From contig JAUCBJ010009037.1 in NCBI GenBank assembly GCA_032718475.1, positions 1 to 64,000 on the forward strand: 64,000 nucleotides of DNA, given 5' to 3'. The stretch is from Nemertoderma westbladi. Lineage: Eukaryota; Animalia; Xenacoelomorpha. The position numbers and the translations under genes were made by a program. The notes below the pieces were generated by a model. That model searched no databases, was not told where the DNA came from, and saw only the letters and a list, made by a program, of their open reading frames with translations. Below, in pieces: positions 37,664-49,900 of this stretch (positions are counted from its first letter, which is position 1; each line of letters opens with the position of its first letter).

Positions 37664-39427
37664 ATGGCGGTTCAGAAGGTTCGAGTCTTGTTCGATTTCG
37701 ATGAGGGACAACCCGGTGAGCTCTCTATCCACACTGACGACATACTAACTATCATCAACCAGGACGTAGGCGATGGCTGGTACCAGGCAGAGAACAGCTC
37801 CGGGGATGTTGGTCTTGTGCCCGAGGTTTATGTCGAGATGTTGCCCCCTAGTCTACCACCCCCGCCACTGCCGCAAATGGAGTCAGCTACTACGGGCCAA
37901 GACAGCAGCTGGGGTCAACCCGATACAGGATACTCAAGTCAACCCGCCGCTGGATACTCAAGTCAACCGGCTGCTGGGTATTCCGGTCAACCGGCCGCTG
38001 GGTACTCCACTCAGAATCCCCCCAGCGACTGGGATTGGGACTCGCAGCCACCCGCAGCGCCGCCTAACGCCGGGCTCAACCTCGCCACAGTGGGAGCTGC
38101 GGCGGGGGCCGGCGAGGAGGAATGGTCGGATGACGAATGGGGCGACGACACCGGCGGCCAAAACGAGACAGAGAAACGCGAACGCGGCGATTCGTCGAGC
38201 ATCACCTCCGGTAAAGGAACCGTTAAGGGATCCTCGAAGGGGTTTATGGGACGATTCTCTGTGTTCGTGAAGTCCGGAGGGGAATCATTCCTCTTGGGGA
38301 CCACTAAAGTTCACTCGCAAACTCTCGATAAAGCGACGATATTTCTCACGGAAGATGGGCCCACATGGGAAGCAAACACCGCGGAGAACTTCACGTGCAC
38401 CGTGAGCGAACCCTCGAAAGCGAAGAAGTTCCACGGGATGAAGAGTTTCATCGCGTATCAACTGACTCCCTCGAACACTTCCTACCCGGTCAGCCGTCGC
38501 TACAAACATTTCGACTGGTTGTACGAGCGGTTGGCCATTAAGTTCGCCTTGATGTGCGTGCCCCCTTTGCCGGAGAAACAGGTTAGCGGGCGCTTCGACG
38601 GCGAGTTTATCAACTTCCGGATGACGCAGTTGCAGTTGTGGATCGCGCGGATATGCCGACACCCGGTGATCTCGCGGTGCGACGCCTTCCTTCACTTCCT
38701 TACCTGCGTCGACGAGAAGCAATGGAAGCAAGGGAAGCGTCGCTCCGAGAAGGACGAATACGTCGCCGGGGCCTACTTCCTCGCGGTGAACAAACCCAAC
38801 GAGATGCTGCCCAAGGAACAAGTCGAGAACGAGACGGAACAGTTTAGTCGCTTCACTAAAAGTTTCGACGCCTCTTTAAAACTCATCGGGAACACTTTCC
38901 ACGACAATGTTAAGCGACACAAAGGCCCGTTCAACAAGGAGTTCATGCGGATCAGCCAGGGGTTCCAGGCGGTTGCCAATAGTTTCGATTTGGATAACCG
39001 GGTTTATTCGAACGGCCTAACGGAAGCGATTAAAGCCACGGCGGAGACCTACAAGTCTATAAGCGAACTGTACGCGGGCCAGCCGGACGTTGACTCCACG
39101 CCGTTGCTGCATCGTCTACACGAGTACTCCGGGATTGTATCGACATTCCCCGATATATTAGCCATCCATAAAGGTTCGCTCAGCAAAGTTCGCGAGTATC
39201 AGAAGAATCTAGACGAGGGTAAAATCGACGGGGATGAGATGGTTCTGGTAGAAAACCGTTGCGATACGGTTTCATACGTTCTCGAATCTGAGATCAACCA
39301 TTTCCACAGGGAGAGGGTTGTGGACTTTAAGGAGATGATGCAGAATTATCTTCGATGCCAAATTGATTTCTTTCAGAATATTACCTCTAAATTGCAGTCC
39401 AATCTCGATTGTTACGCCAATCTCTAG
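37664..39427 (+). CDS. SH3PX1: Sorting nexin of the SNX9/SNX18/SNX33 (SH3PX1) family, 587 aa, intronless CDS
   Basis: N-terminal SH3 (VLFDF..GELSI...GDGWY...GLVPEVYV), acidic Trp motifs (DWDWD, EEWSDDEW), PX (KFHGMKSFIAY, SRRYKHFDWL, PPLPEKQVSGRF) and BAR (WKQGKRRSEKD...EINHFH). Confidence 0.93.
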   Translation: MAVQKVRVLFDFDEGQPGELSIHTDDILTIINQDVGDGWYQAENSSGDVGLVPEVYVEMLPPSLPPPPLPQMESATTGQDSSWGQPDTGYSSQPAAGYSSQPAAGYSGQPAAGYSTQNPPSDWDWDSQPPAAPPNAGLNLATVGAAAGAGEEEWSDDEWGDDTGGQNETEKRERGDSSSITSGKGTVKGSSKGFMGRFSVFVKSGGESFLLGTTKVHSQTLDKATIFLTEDGPTWEANTAENFTCTVSEPSKAKKFHGMKSFIAYQLTPSNTSYPVSRRYKHFDWLYERLAIKFALMCVPPLPEKQVSGRFDGEFINFRMTQLQLWIARICRHPVISRCDAFLHFLTCVDEKQWKQGKRRSEKDEYVAGAYFLAVNKPNEMLPKEQVENETEQFSRFTKSFDASLKLIGNTFHDNVKRHKGPFNKEFMRISQGFQAVANSFDLDNRVYSNGLTEAIKATAETYKSISELYAGQPDVDSTPLLHRLHEYSGIVSTFPDILAIHKGSLSKVREYQKNLDEGKIDGDEMVLVENRCDTVSYVLESEINHFHRERVVDFKEMMQNYLRCQIDFFQNITSKLQSNLDCYANL

Positions 39428-41653
39428 ATTAACTTTATTTTACTGATTACATTTTTTTTATTATATTATATTATAATGGCTAGCCAAGTCTGTTGGACAA
39501 TTTTTTAACCGCGTACAGTACCGGTGCTCTAAACCCATCTGTATTAATATTCGAATATTATCGTATTATATCTTTAAACTGCCGTACCTCCGTAGCTCCT
39601 TTATTAAAACATTAGGTATTTTATTTAACAAACATTTTCCAATATTTATCGGATATTTTTATTCATATTAATAATGTTGTATATATTATTGTGAAAGAGA
39701 ATGTAGTTCATATACTACAGATTGGTTCAGTAATTTATAAGTCTAAACATCTGGTACGTTATAGATTTATTATTTTATTAAGTAATAAATAACACTGTGT
39801 GGCGGTAACACTTGGAACGGACCAATGGGGGGGGGGGGGGGGGGGGGGGGGTAACCTACACTGTTTGTCTGTCTGCATCCCATTTTTGCTCCCAATAATA
39901 ATAGTACATCCAGTATTTCTCAATCACTTCCAAAATATTACGATTGAAATCAACTCAGTGTCCCAGAAAACTTTATATATTTAAAATTTTGGCTCATTAG
40001 GTGGTTATTTTATTTCGGATATTGGAAAATTGAAATTTGGTGTTGATTGTTGCAGGACGAAAAATAGCTGTAAAGATACCTCAGTTACGTTCAAAATACG
40101 ACTGAATTCAGCATCTTATGAACTCATATAAATTGGAAGTCTGAACTTTGGAGCGCATGTTTGAAAGAAATTTAAAATTGTTGTGCTGCAACCACTTTTA
40201 GGTTACACTAATAGTACCTGATACATTTCTTATTCATGAAAACTAATATAGAGATATTAATAAGCCTCTCGCAATGTTGAAATCTCCATATAAATTTGGG
40301 ACATTATGAGATAATAAAGCGAGAATCTATTCTTATAAACTGATTCCAACACTAAATACTAACAAAACCTCTTCCCTAGATATACGAGGCTTCGGTTCTA
40401 GTAAGTGTTACTGCCACAATTCCAAATACAATTATTGATACATTGTGAGATTGTGAATAGCTGAAACTTCGTATTGCGTTCAAGACATTAGCAAAAATTC
40501 ATATTTAAAAAAACCCAAATAATAATCAACTTCTCTGTGGATCCATATCCTTCCGCTCTATTCTTATAAATATTAATTAATAACTTATTCATACATATTA
40601 GGCTAGCGTTATTGAATTGGGGCCGATTTGGATTTAATGTTCTAGATAATTTGTGTATATATATAATAACCATTAGGTATCAGAATGTTCGCTATTTGTT
40701 CTAGAGCAAACACTATCTGTATTAGTTCAATATGTTTACTCAATTAGGTTTGGATATATAATGGATGGCCAGTATTATTTCATTATCCCGGTAATAGCCA
40801 AATAAATCCAACAGGACTTTATTATCTCTTCACTTTCTATGTCTAGCCCAGTTTGTAGACCCGAGAGCTATTGGTGAATCCCTTATTATCTTCTAGGATT
40901 CAATCACTGTATATGCTGCCTAGGCCAGTAACATCATCATAGTAAATAGATAAGTTAATTATGTGCCTTTAGTGGCTACGGTTGTGTTATTTATTACGTG
41001 TTTTACAATATAATGATAATAGAATAATTAATAATGATAATAGAATAATTAATAATGATAATAGAATATAATAATTTTTATCTGGATTAAATATTTTGCC
41101 AATGGATATGTTTAATGTTTAGTTTATTTTGTGTGCCATCATTCCATCCAGTAGCCAGAATAATTGTGTATAAAATCTCTTTGGTAATTTGTATATCGCA
41201 CTTTTTGGATAATAAACATTTTTTTAATTATTTTACTGTAATTCGTTGGAGACGGTTATTTATCTGACAACTTTACTAATTTGATTCTCAACTTTTAGTA
41301 TAATGGGAAAGGCCCTATCTTCTGTATAAAATATTTTGTACATAAACATAATACCTCTCCGCAGGGGGGGGGGGGGGGGGGGGGTGGCTGTTGACGCTTA
41401 CGTAATTCAACCCTCTCCAGGGGAGGAGCTACGCAAGCAATATTTATGATTTCAACTGAAAAAGATAGTTATCCTGTGCTATTGACTTTTGTTTGTTGTT
41501 TTGGTTGAAAACTGTGCCACTGATACATGTTCCTTTCCCTTATTGGATATTTAACATAAAATTATTAATTCGCCGTTCGTTAATAGCCCTTCCTGTATAG
41601 TTATTTATATAATGTTAAAAATAATATAATGGAATAATAATTATTAGAGTACA

Positions 41654-44600
41654 GTTATGTGTGATTTAGCTGTTATTACTGCCGTTATTGTGTGTGATTT
41701 AGCTGTTATTACTACCGTTATTGTGTGTGATTTAGCTGTTATTACTACCGTTATTGTGTGTGATTTAGCTGTTATTACTACCGTTATTGTGTGTGATTTA
41801 GCTGTTATTACTACCGTTATTGTGTGTGATTTAGCTGTTATTACTGCCGTTATTGTGTGTGATTTAGCTGTTATTACTACCGTTATTGTGTGTGATTTAG
41901 CTGTTATTACTACCGTTATTGTGTGTGATTTAGCTGTTATTACTGCCGTTATTGTGTGTGATTTAGCTGTTATTACTACCGTTATTGTGTGTGATTTAGC
42001 TGTTATTACTACCGTTATTGTGTGTGATTTAGCTGTTATTACTACCGTTATTGTGTGTGATTTAGCTGTTATTACTACCGTTATTGTGTGTGATTTAGCT
42101 GTTATTACTACCGTTATTGTGTGTGATTTAGCTGTTATTACTGCCGTTATTGTGTGTGATTTAGCTGTTATTACTACCGTTATTGTGTGTGATTTAGCTG
42201 TTATTACTGCCGTTATTGTGTGTGATTTAGCTGTTATTACTACCGTTATTGTGTGTGATTTAGCTGTTATTACTACCGTTATTGTGTGTGATTTAGCTGT
42301 TATTACTACCGTTATTGTGTGTGATTTAGCTGTTATTACTACCGTTATTGTGTGTGATTTAGCTGTTATTACTGCCGTTATTGTGTGTGATTTAGCTGTT
42401 ATTACTACCGTTATTGTGTGTGATTTAGCTGTTATTACTACCGTTATTGTGTGTGATTTAGCTGTTATTACTGCCGTTATTGTGTGTGATTTAGCTGTTA
42501 TTACTGCCGTTATTGTGTGTGATTTAGCTGTTATTACTACCGTTATTGTGTGTGATTTAGCTGTTATTACTACCGTTATTGTGTGTGATTTAGCTGTTAT
42601 TACTACCGTTATTGTGTGTGATTTAGCTGTTATTACTACCGTTATTGTGTGTGATTTAGCTGTTATTACTGCCGTTATTGTGTATGATTTAGCTGTTATT
42701 ACTACCGTTATTGTGTGTGATTTATCTGTTATTACTACCGTTATTGTGTATGATTTAGCTGTTATTACTACCGTTATTGTGTGTGATTTAGCTGTTATTA
42801 CTACCGTTATTGTGTGTGATTTAGCTGTTATTACTACCGTTATTGTGTGTGATTTAGCTGTTATTACTACCGTTATTGTGTTTGATTTAGATGTTATTAC
42901 TGCCGTTATTGTGTGTGATTTAGCTGTTATTACTGCCGTTATTGTGTGTGATTTAGCTGTTATTACTACCGTTATTGTGTGTGATTTAGCTGTTATTACT
43001 ACCGTTATTGTGTATGATTTAGATGTTATTACTGCCGTTATTGTGTGTGATTAAGCTGTTATTACTACCGTTATTGTGTGTGATTTAGCTGTTATTACTA
43101 CCGTTATTGTGTGTGATTTAGCTGTTATTACTACCGTTATTGTGTGGGATTTAGCTGTTATTACTACCGTTATTGTGTGTGATTTAGCTGTTATTACTAC
43201 CGTTATTGTGTGTGATTTAGCTGTTATTACTACCGTTATTGTGTGTGATTTAGCTGTTATTACTAACGTTATTGTGTGTGATTTAGCTGTTATTACTACC
43301 GTTATTGTGTTTGATTTAGCTGTTATTACTGCCGTTATTGTGTGTGATTTAGCTGTTATTACTACCGTTATTGTGTGTGATTTAGCTGTTATTACTGCCG
43401 TTATTGTGTGTGATTTAGCTGTTATAACTGCCGTTATTGTGTGTGATTTAGCTGTTATAACTGCCGTTATTGTGTGTGATTTAGCTGTTATTACTACCGT
43501 TATTGTTTGTGATTTAGCTGTTATTACTACCGTTATTGTGTGTGATTTAGCTGTTATTACTACCGTTATTGTGTGTGATTTAGCTGTTATTACTAACGTT
43601 ATTGTGTGTGATTTAGCTGTTATTACTACCGTTATTGTGTTTGATTTAGCTGTTATTACTGCCGTTATTGTGTGTGATTTAGCTGTTATTACTACCGTTA
43701 TTGTGTGTGATTTAGCTGTTATTACTGCCGTTATTGTGTGTGATTTAGCTGTTATAACTGCCGTTATTGTGTGTGATTTAGCTGTTATAACTGCCGTTAT
43801 TGTGTGTGATTTAGCTGTTATTACTACCGTTATTGTGTGTGATTTAGCTGTTATTACTACCGTTATTGTGTGTGATTTAGCTGTTATTACTACCGTTATT
43901 GTGTTTGATTTAGCTGTTATTACTACCGTTATTGTGTGCGATTTAGCTGTTATTACTACCGTTATTGTGTGTGATTTAGCTGTTATTACTACCGTTATTG
44001 TGTGTGATTTAGCTGTTATTACTAACGTTATTGTGTGTGATTTAGCTGTTATTACTACCGTTATTGTGTTTGATTTAGCTGTTATTACTGCCGTTATTGT
44101 GTGTGATTTAGCTGTTATTACTACCGTTATTGTGTGTGATTTAGCTGTTATTACTACCGTTATTGTGTGTGATTTAGCTGTTATTACTACCGTTATTGTG
44201 TTTGATTTAGATGTTATTACTGCCGTTATTGTGTGTGATTTAGCTGTTATTACTGCCGTTATTGTGTGTGATTTATCTGTTATTACTACCGTTATTGTGT
44301 ATGATTTAGCTGTTATTACTACCGTTATTGTGTGCGATTTAGCTGTTATTACTACCGTTATTGTGTGTGATTTAGCTGTTATTACTACCGTTATTGTGTG
44401 TGATTTAGCTGTTATTACTAACGTTATTGTGTGTGATTTAGCTGTTATTACTACCGTTATTGTGTGTGATTTAGCTGTTATTACTACCGTTATTGTGTGT
44501 GATTTAGCTGTTATTACTACCGTTATTGTGTGTGATTTAGCTGTTATTACTGCCGTTATTGTGTATGATTTAGATGTTATTACTACCGTTATTGTGTGTG

Positions 44601-45640
44601 AATTAGCTGTTATTACTACCGTTATTGTGTATGATTTAGCTGTTATTACTGCCGTTATTGTGTATGATTTAGATGTTATTACTGCCGTTATTGTGTGTGA
44701 TTTAGCTGTTATTACTACAGTTATTGTGTGTGATTTAGCTGTTATTACTACCGTTATTATGTGTGATTTAGCTGTTATTACTACCGTTATTGTGTGTGAT
44801 TTAGCTGTTATTACTGCCGTTATTGTGTATGATTTAGATGTTATTACTGCCGTTATTGTGTGTGATTTAGCTGTTATTACTACCGTTATTGTGTTTGATT
44901 TAGCTGTTATTACTACCGTTATTGTGTATGATTTAGATGTTATTACTGCCGTTATTGTGTGTGATTTAGCTGTTATTACTACCGTTATTGTGTTTGATTT
45001 AGCTGTTATTACTACCGTTATTGTGTGTGATTTAGCTGTTATTACTACCGTTATTGTGTTTGATTTAGCTGTTATTACTACCGTTATTGTGTATGATTTA
45101 GATGTTATTACTGCCGTTATTGTGTGTGATTTAGCTGTTATTACTACCGTTATTGTGTTTGATTTAGCTGTTATTACTACCGTTATTGTGTGTGATTTAG
45201 CTGTTATTACTACCGTTATTGTGTGTGATTTAGCTGTTATTACTGCCGTTATTGTGTATGATTTAGATGTTATTACTGCCGTTATTGTGTGTGATTTAGC
45301 TGTTATTACTACCGTTATTGTGTTTGATTTAGCTGTTATTACTACCGTTATTGTGTATGATTTAGATGTTATTACTGCCGTTATTGTGTGTGATTTAGCT
45401 GTTATTACTACCGTTATTGTGTGTGATTTAGCTGTTATTACTGCCGTTATTGTGTATGATTTAGATGTTATTACTGCCGTTATTGTGTGTGATTTAGCTG
45501 TTATTACTACCGTTATTGTGTATGATATAGCTGTTATTACTACCGTTATTGTGTGTGATTTAGCTGTTATTACTACCGTTATTGTGTTTGATTTAGCTGT
45601 TATTACTACCGTTATTGTGTGTGATTTCGCTGTTATTATT
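41654..45640 (+). repeat. 33-bp satellite, ~120 copies
   Basis: Unit GTTATTGTGTGTGATTTAGCTGTTATTACTACC with point variants. It is the source of the 465-880 aa repetitive ORFs. Confidence 0.97.
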
Positions 45641-48271
45641 TTTTCATTTGAATCAAATCCACATTCCATATACAACCGTAAGCTAAGTGACGATCAAGAA
45701 CTAAAACTCATTTTTTAAATAACTTCATTTGGCGACCTTCTTAATTTTGGTTCTAATTTTTAAAGTCTTCGATAACAATCTTGTACACTTTGAAATTGAT
45801 ATATTATTCTCACTGTGCTTACGATTCCTGCGTAGTTTTATAGTTAGAATTATTATTTACTGTAGTTGTTTTTATTACGAAAGTTCACTAATTCATTGAA
45901 AATGGTGTTAATTATTTATTACTGTAGTTCAAGTTCAGCTATGTGTATAAAGGGTAAAACCAAAATGTTGAAGCGAAAATTAATAACTAGTACGTTTTGG
46001 AACCCTTTATAAACTATTTCTCTGATTATTTATTCCGAAATTCCTCTAAATTATGTTGTTTGCAATTTTAATGATGAATTCGAAATGTACCTATCCCAGA
46101 TAGTAAATCTAAACGGTTTTATCAAAAATAGTTTCATTTCCCATCACCTCATTATTACCGGACCGGTACTTACACCTAAGCACCTGTAACCTGCATGCAG
46201 CACTTCAACCTGTTTGATTATGGTTCCATTTTTTATAAATCTATTGCTATTATTTATATGCTAGCTAAAAAAATACCCACCAGCAGTTATATTTACTTAT
46301 AATTTTATATGCAATTTTTTGTTCTATAATTTCTATCACTAAACGACATTAACGTCAGTTGAGTGATTATCATCAATAAACCGATAGATCAGGTGTAGCC
46401 ATCTGTTATAGGATTGTTGGGTAATTTATGTGCTGTTTTACAACGCGCAGTCAATAATTAAAATATTAAATGTGACAATTTTGGAATTATATATAGTTAC
46501 ATCATCGTGTGACTTTTCAGCCTTATGACCTGAGTGTATTTGTGTGCCGAGCGAGCGTAGTGAGTGAGTGATGTTCACGAAAATAAACGAGGGTCATTTA
46601 ATGCTGGATAGTTGTCCCCTTTTCATCCTTCGATGTACGTAATTTTCTTACATTATGCCAACTTATTGTGGTTCCGAATGCTTTATTAAACATTTTCATA
46701 TTGTAATTAATGAAATGAATGTCCATTTATCCAACTAATTCCTATCACTGTACGGTAAACAATCTTACACTTAGCATACAGATACAGCATGGCTATCATT
46801 CTCGCTAAGCTGATTGAGAATAATCACGACTTGTTCTAAAAGTTCGCTTTCCAACCTATTGGCCTCGACTTTGTAGCCTTAAGAGGATATCGCCAGAGCA
46901 TTGATAAGTTAACATTATGTAACAAAGTTTTTAATAATAATAATATTTATTAATTATAATATTAATTAATTAATCTATATAATATGTAATAACCAATCTG
47001 CAAATATTTTCATAGAATTTATAGTGCTTTTTATTGGCTGTGCTTTATGCTACGTGATTCCACTTGGGTTTCTGTGAATTTTAAATATATATTTTAAATT
47101 ACTTTTCAACCGCTTGCTTACTATATATATACATGGAAAATACAATTGACATCGAATATAGTTGACATTCATATTTTTTGTATCCTCATTCCTCCTTGTA
47201 GACTTCTTGTCTTTTTTCGTAGTTTTTTATATTTTTATGGTATTCCTTTCTATTTAGTATACATATCAGCATATATTTTCATATCAAAGTGTTCGCCGGT
47301 TACGCCAGAAAATATATGAATTAAAAATTTATTAAAATATATGTTAAAACCGATCACATAAACACCTATATCTGATCTTTATGATATCAATCAATCACAA
47401 TAATAGATGATAGGCCTACACAATTATAGATAAAATTTAATTGAAGAATAAGAAAAACTATATCATGATATCAAATATGATATCTATGTCCAGTCCATAA
47501 TAAATGTTTAGGTGATACCTACCCTAATCTATGTCAATAAAATGTAGGCCTACAAAGTTTATCTACTCGTATTCCCTTGTGCGCTTTAGTTAACTACTAA
47601 AGGACAGGTGGCGGGATTGGAAGCCGTTCTCAATGAAGTTCCATTAAACCGTATCCTTCAGTAGGTTGCCTCCATAGTCGGGAATATTCCTTGAGGAATT
47701 TTTTGAAGAACTGAGAGGTTAGGAAATAGCATGGAGATCGACAATGGTCGATGTTCATAGATCTTTAATCATTAAGGCTTTGAATTTCTATGTAACTAAT
47801 TAATTAATTATTTATGCCGGCAGACCCAGAAACAAAACCGCCCCAAAAAAGTTCAATCCACGTGGTTGCAATTACACAAGTTTATAAACAGGGTGATGCA
47901 GTCCTAGACATGGGGAACTTGACGCAAATCACATGTCTGCGAATTAACTTAGGGGAAGGAATTACAGTGGCGCGTTATTCTAAGCAAAACAATAAATGAA
48001 AGTCACTACCAAATTTTTTAGAGTAATCAACATGTTATTATTATATTAGCATATTATATGAACATATTATATTGCGTGTAGAGTACCCCACACTACCTTA
48101 TGCGCTAGGAGATTTATGGAAAGGGGGGGGGGGGGGGGGGGGGACTCGTCTTGCACACCGGGAACAGCACTAATGTATCAGTCCAGTTTTATTGATTTAT
48201 TGACATTTATTAATAATAATCAGTTGCAGTACAATGAATTTATTTGATTTTTAGGCCAATTTTATTGTCAT

Positions 48272-49771
48272 TTAGTTTCTGGGATGAAACTTAACCCTGA
48301 AGTCTGCAGGCCTTATGAACATGGTTCCTTGGACCTCTTTTATCGATGGTAATTTCCCATCGCTAGGGGGCGCTATTACGAAATTCTGAAGAAGATGACG
48401 GATAATAATCCTCATCTCGACTTTAGCCAACTGTTCCCCAAAGCAGATTCTTGGACCAAGGCCAAAGGGAATGAAACAATCTTTCTTGACAAATTGACCA
48501 TCTTTATCCAGAAAGTGTTTCGGGTAAAATGTTTCTGGTTTTTCCCATACCGTTGGGTTATGGAGAATCGACCATATGTTTCCCATTATCGTTGCATTTT
48601 CCGGTAGGTTGTAGGTTTGAAACGTGGTAGACGACACCAGCCTATGTGGTGCTGCGACCGGTCCGACACAACCGTACCTTAGCACTTCGTGCAATACCGC
48701 GTTCAAATAAGGTATCTTTCGGAACACCTCCGTGGATGGCTCTCCATCGCGGCCTATATACTCATCTAGAAGATCTTGACATCGCTTCTGAATGAAAGGG
48801 TTCTGTGCCATAACCAATACGAACCAACATATAGCGGACGTTGTGGTCTCTAAACCTCCGGAAAAGATATCTCGAATAACTGTTATCAGATTATCATTAG
48901 ATAGATGTTCTATATTTACCGGGGTGTTCGATTGTTCGACTCTCGCAACTTCTTTCAGATATCCATCTATCAAATCCTCGTCTTCTTCGTCGTAGTTAAT
49001 AGCAACGCGGTGTGCGTTAATTTGGAGTTGCAAAAGTTTGACTAACTTAACTTGGTTCATATAGACAATATATTGACTAGTTCCCGGAATATATCTACCG
49101 AAAGGAAACCTCCTGGCCCCGGGACCGCCGTTGTTGAGAACTGCTTGATTACAATCGCTGACCTCCCGAAAATACGGATCGTTTGAAGTAAAATGATGTC
49201 CGAAAACTATATGACATATAATGTTTGAAATGGTCAAAAATATCGGACGGAATGGGTCTAAACCCTCCCCGTCTAGTTTCTTTATTTCGTCGCCGAGGAT
49301 ATTAGCCTCAATTACAACGCGTTGTTCGAAATACGATTTACCCACTCCGATATTTCGAAGGATTTTCGAGGCCAGCTTTCTAGTAACTGTCCAACAGCTT
49401 CCATCATTAAAAATGATTCCTGTCATTTTCTTTTTGTCAGTTGCGTTTATTTTCGGTCTTCCAGAAAATATATTTGAATTGTCGACAAACGCCTTTTTGT
49501 AAACCTCGAATGAATTTAACACGAAGAGGCGTGTGGGTCCTAATTTAAGGGTTATGACGTCACTACGAAGTTGGTTAGACCAGCGAACCATCACCGAGCC
49601 AAAAATTAGTGGAGTCACATTCCAAAGAGAAATTACATTGCCTAGGAAAGGCAGACCTTTTTTGGAGGGTGGGTAATTAGTATCCTCTTTCTTCCGATGT
49701 TGTTTTGAGTAGAAGAATGCATAACTGAATGCAATTATTATAAAGATAATTACAGGTAATATAGCAACCAT
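48272..49771 (-). CDS. Cytochrome P450, clan 2-like, 499 aa, intronless CDS
   Basis: ATG 49771 starts an N-terminal TM anchor, followed by a PPxxxGLPFLGN hinge, WxxxR (WTVTR), I-helix GGLETT, ExxR (EVLR), PETFYPKHF and heme motif FGLGPRICFG. Confidence 0.93.
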   Translation of the reverse strand: MVAILPVIIFIIIAFSYAFFYSKQHRKKEDTNYPPSKKGLPFLGNVISLWNVTPLIFGSVMVRWSNQLRSDVITLKLGPTRLFVLNSFEVYKKAFVDNSNIFSGRPKINATDKKKMTGIIFNDGSCWTVTRKLASKILRNIGVGKSYFEQRVVIEANILGDEIKKLDGEGLDPFRPIFLTISNIICHIVFGHHFTSNDPYFREVSDCNQAVLNNGGPGARRFPFGRYIPGTSQYIVYMNQVKLVKLLQLQINAHRVAINYDEEDEDLIDGYLKEVARVEQSNTPVNIEHLSNDNLITVIRDIFSGGLETTTSAICWFVLVMAQNPFIQKRCQDLLDEYIGRDGEPSTEVFRKIPYLNAVLHEVLRYGCVGPVAAPHRLVSSTTFQTYNLPENATIMGNIWSILHNPTVWEKPETFYPKHFLDKDGQFVKKDCFIPFGLGPRICFGEQLAKVEMRIIIRHLLQNFVIAPPSDGKLPSIKEVQGTMFIRPADFRVKFHPRN

Positions 49772-49900
49772 GTTTCCAGAATTCCAGTGTTTCTTTTGAG
49801 CAGAAGGCCAAAAACAGGAAATCATAGAGTTCCACCTAGAATGCTGTAACACTTTTTGTGGCTGATATGAACCCAAATACGCAGAACTGCATTATGTCTC

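Noticed and set aside
41657-45718. Long ORFs of 465, 874 and 880 aa
   Set aside because: Products of a 33-bp satellite that is open on both strands; no non-repetitive coding flanks.
49772-49876. N-terminal extension of the P450
   Set aside because: Non-ATG start; the TM anchor begins at ATG 49771.
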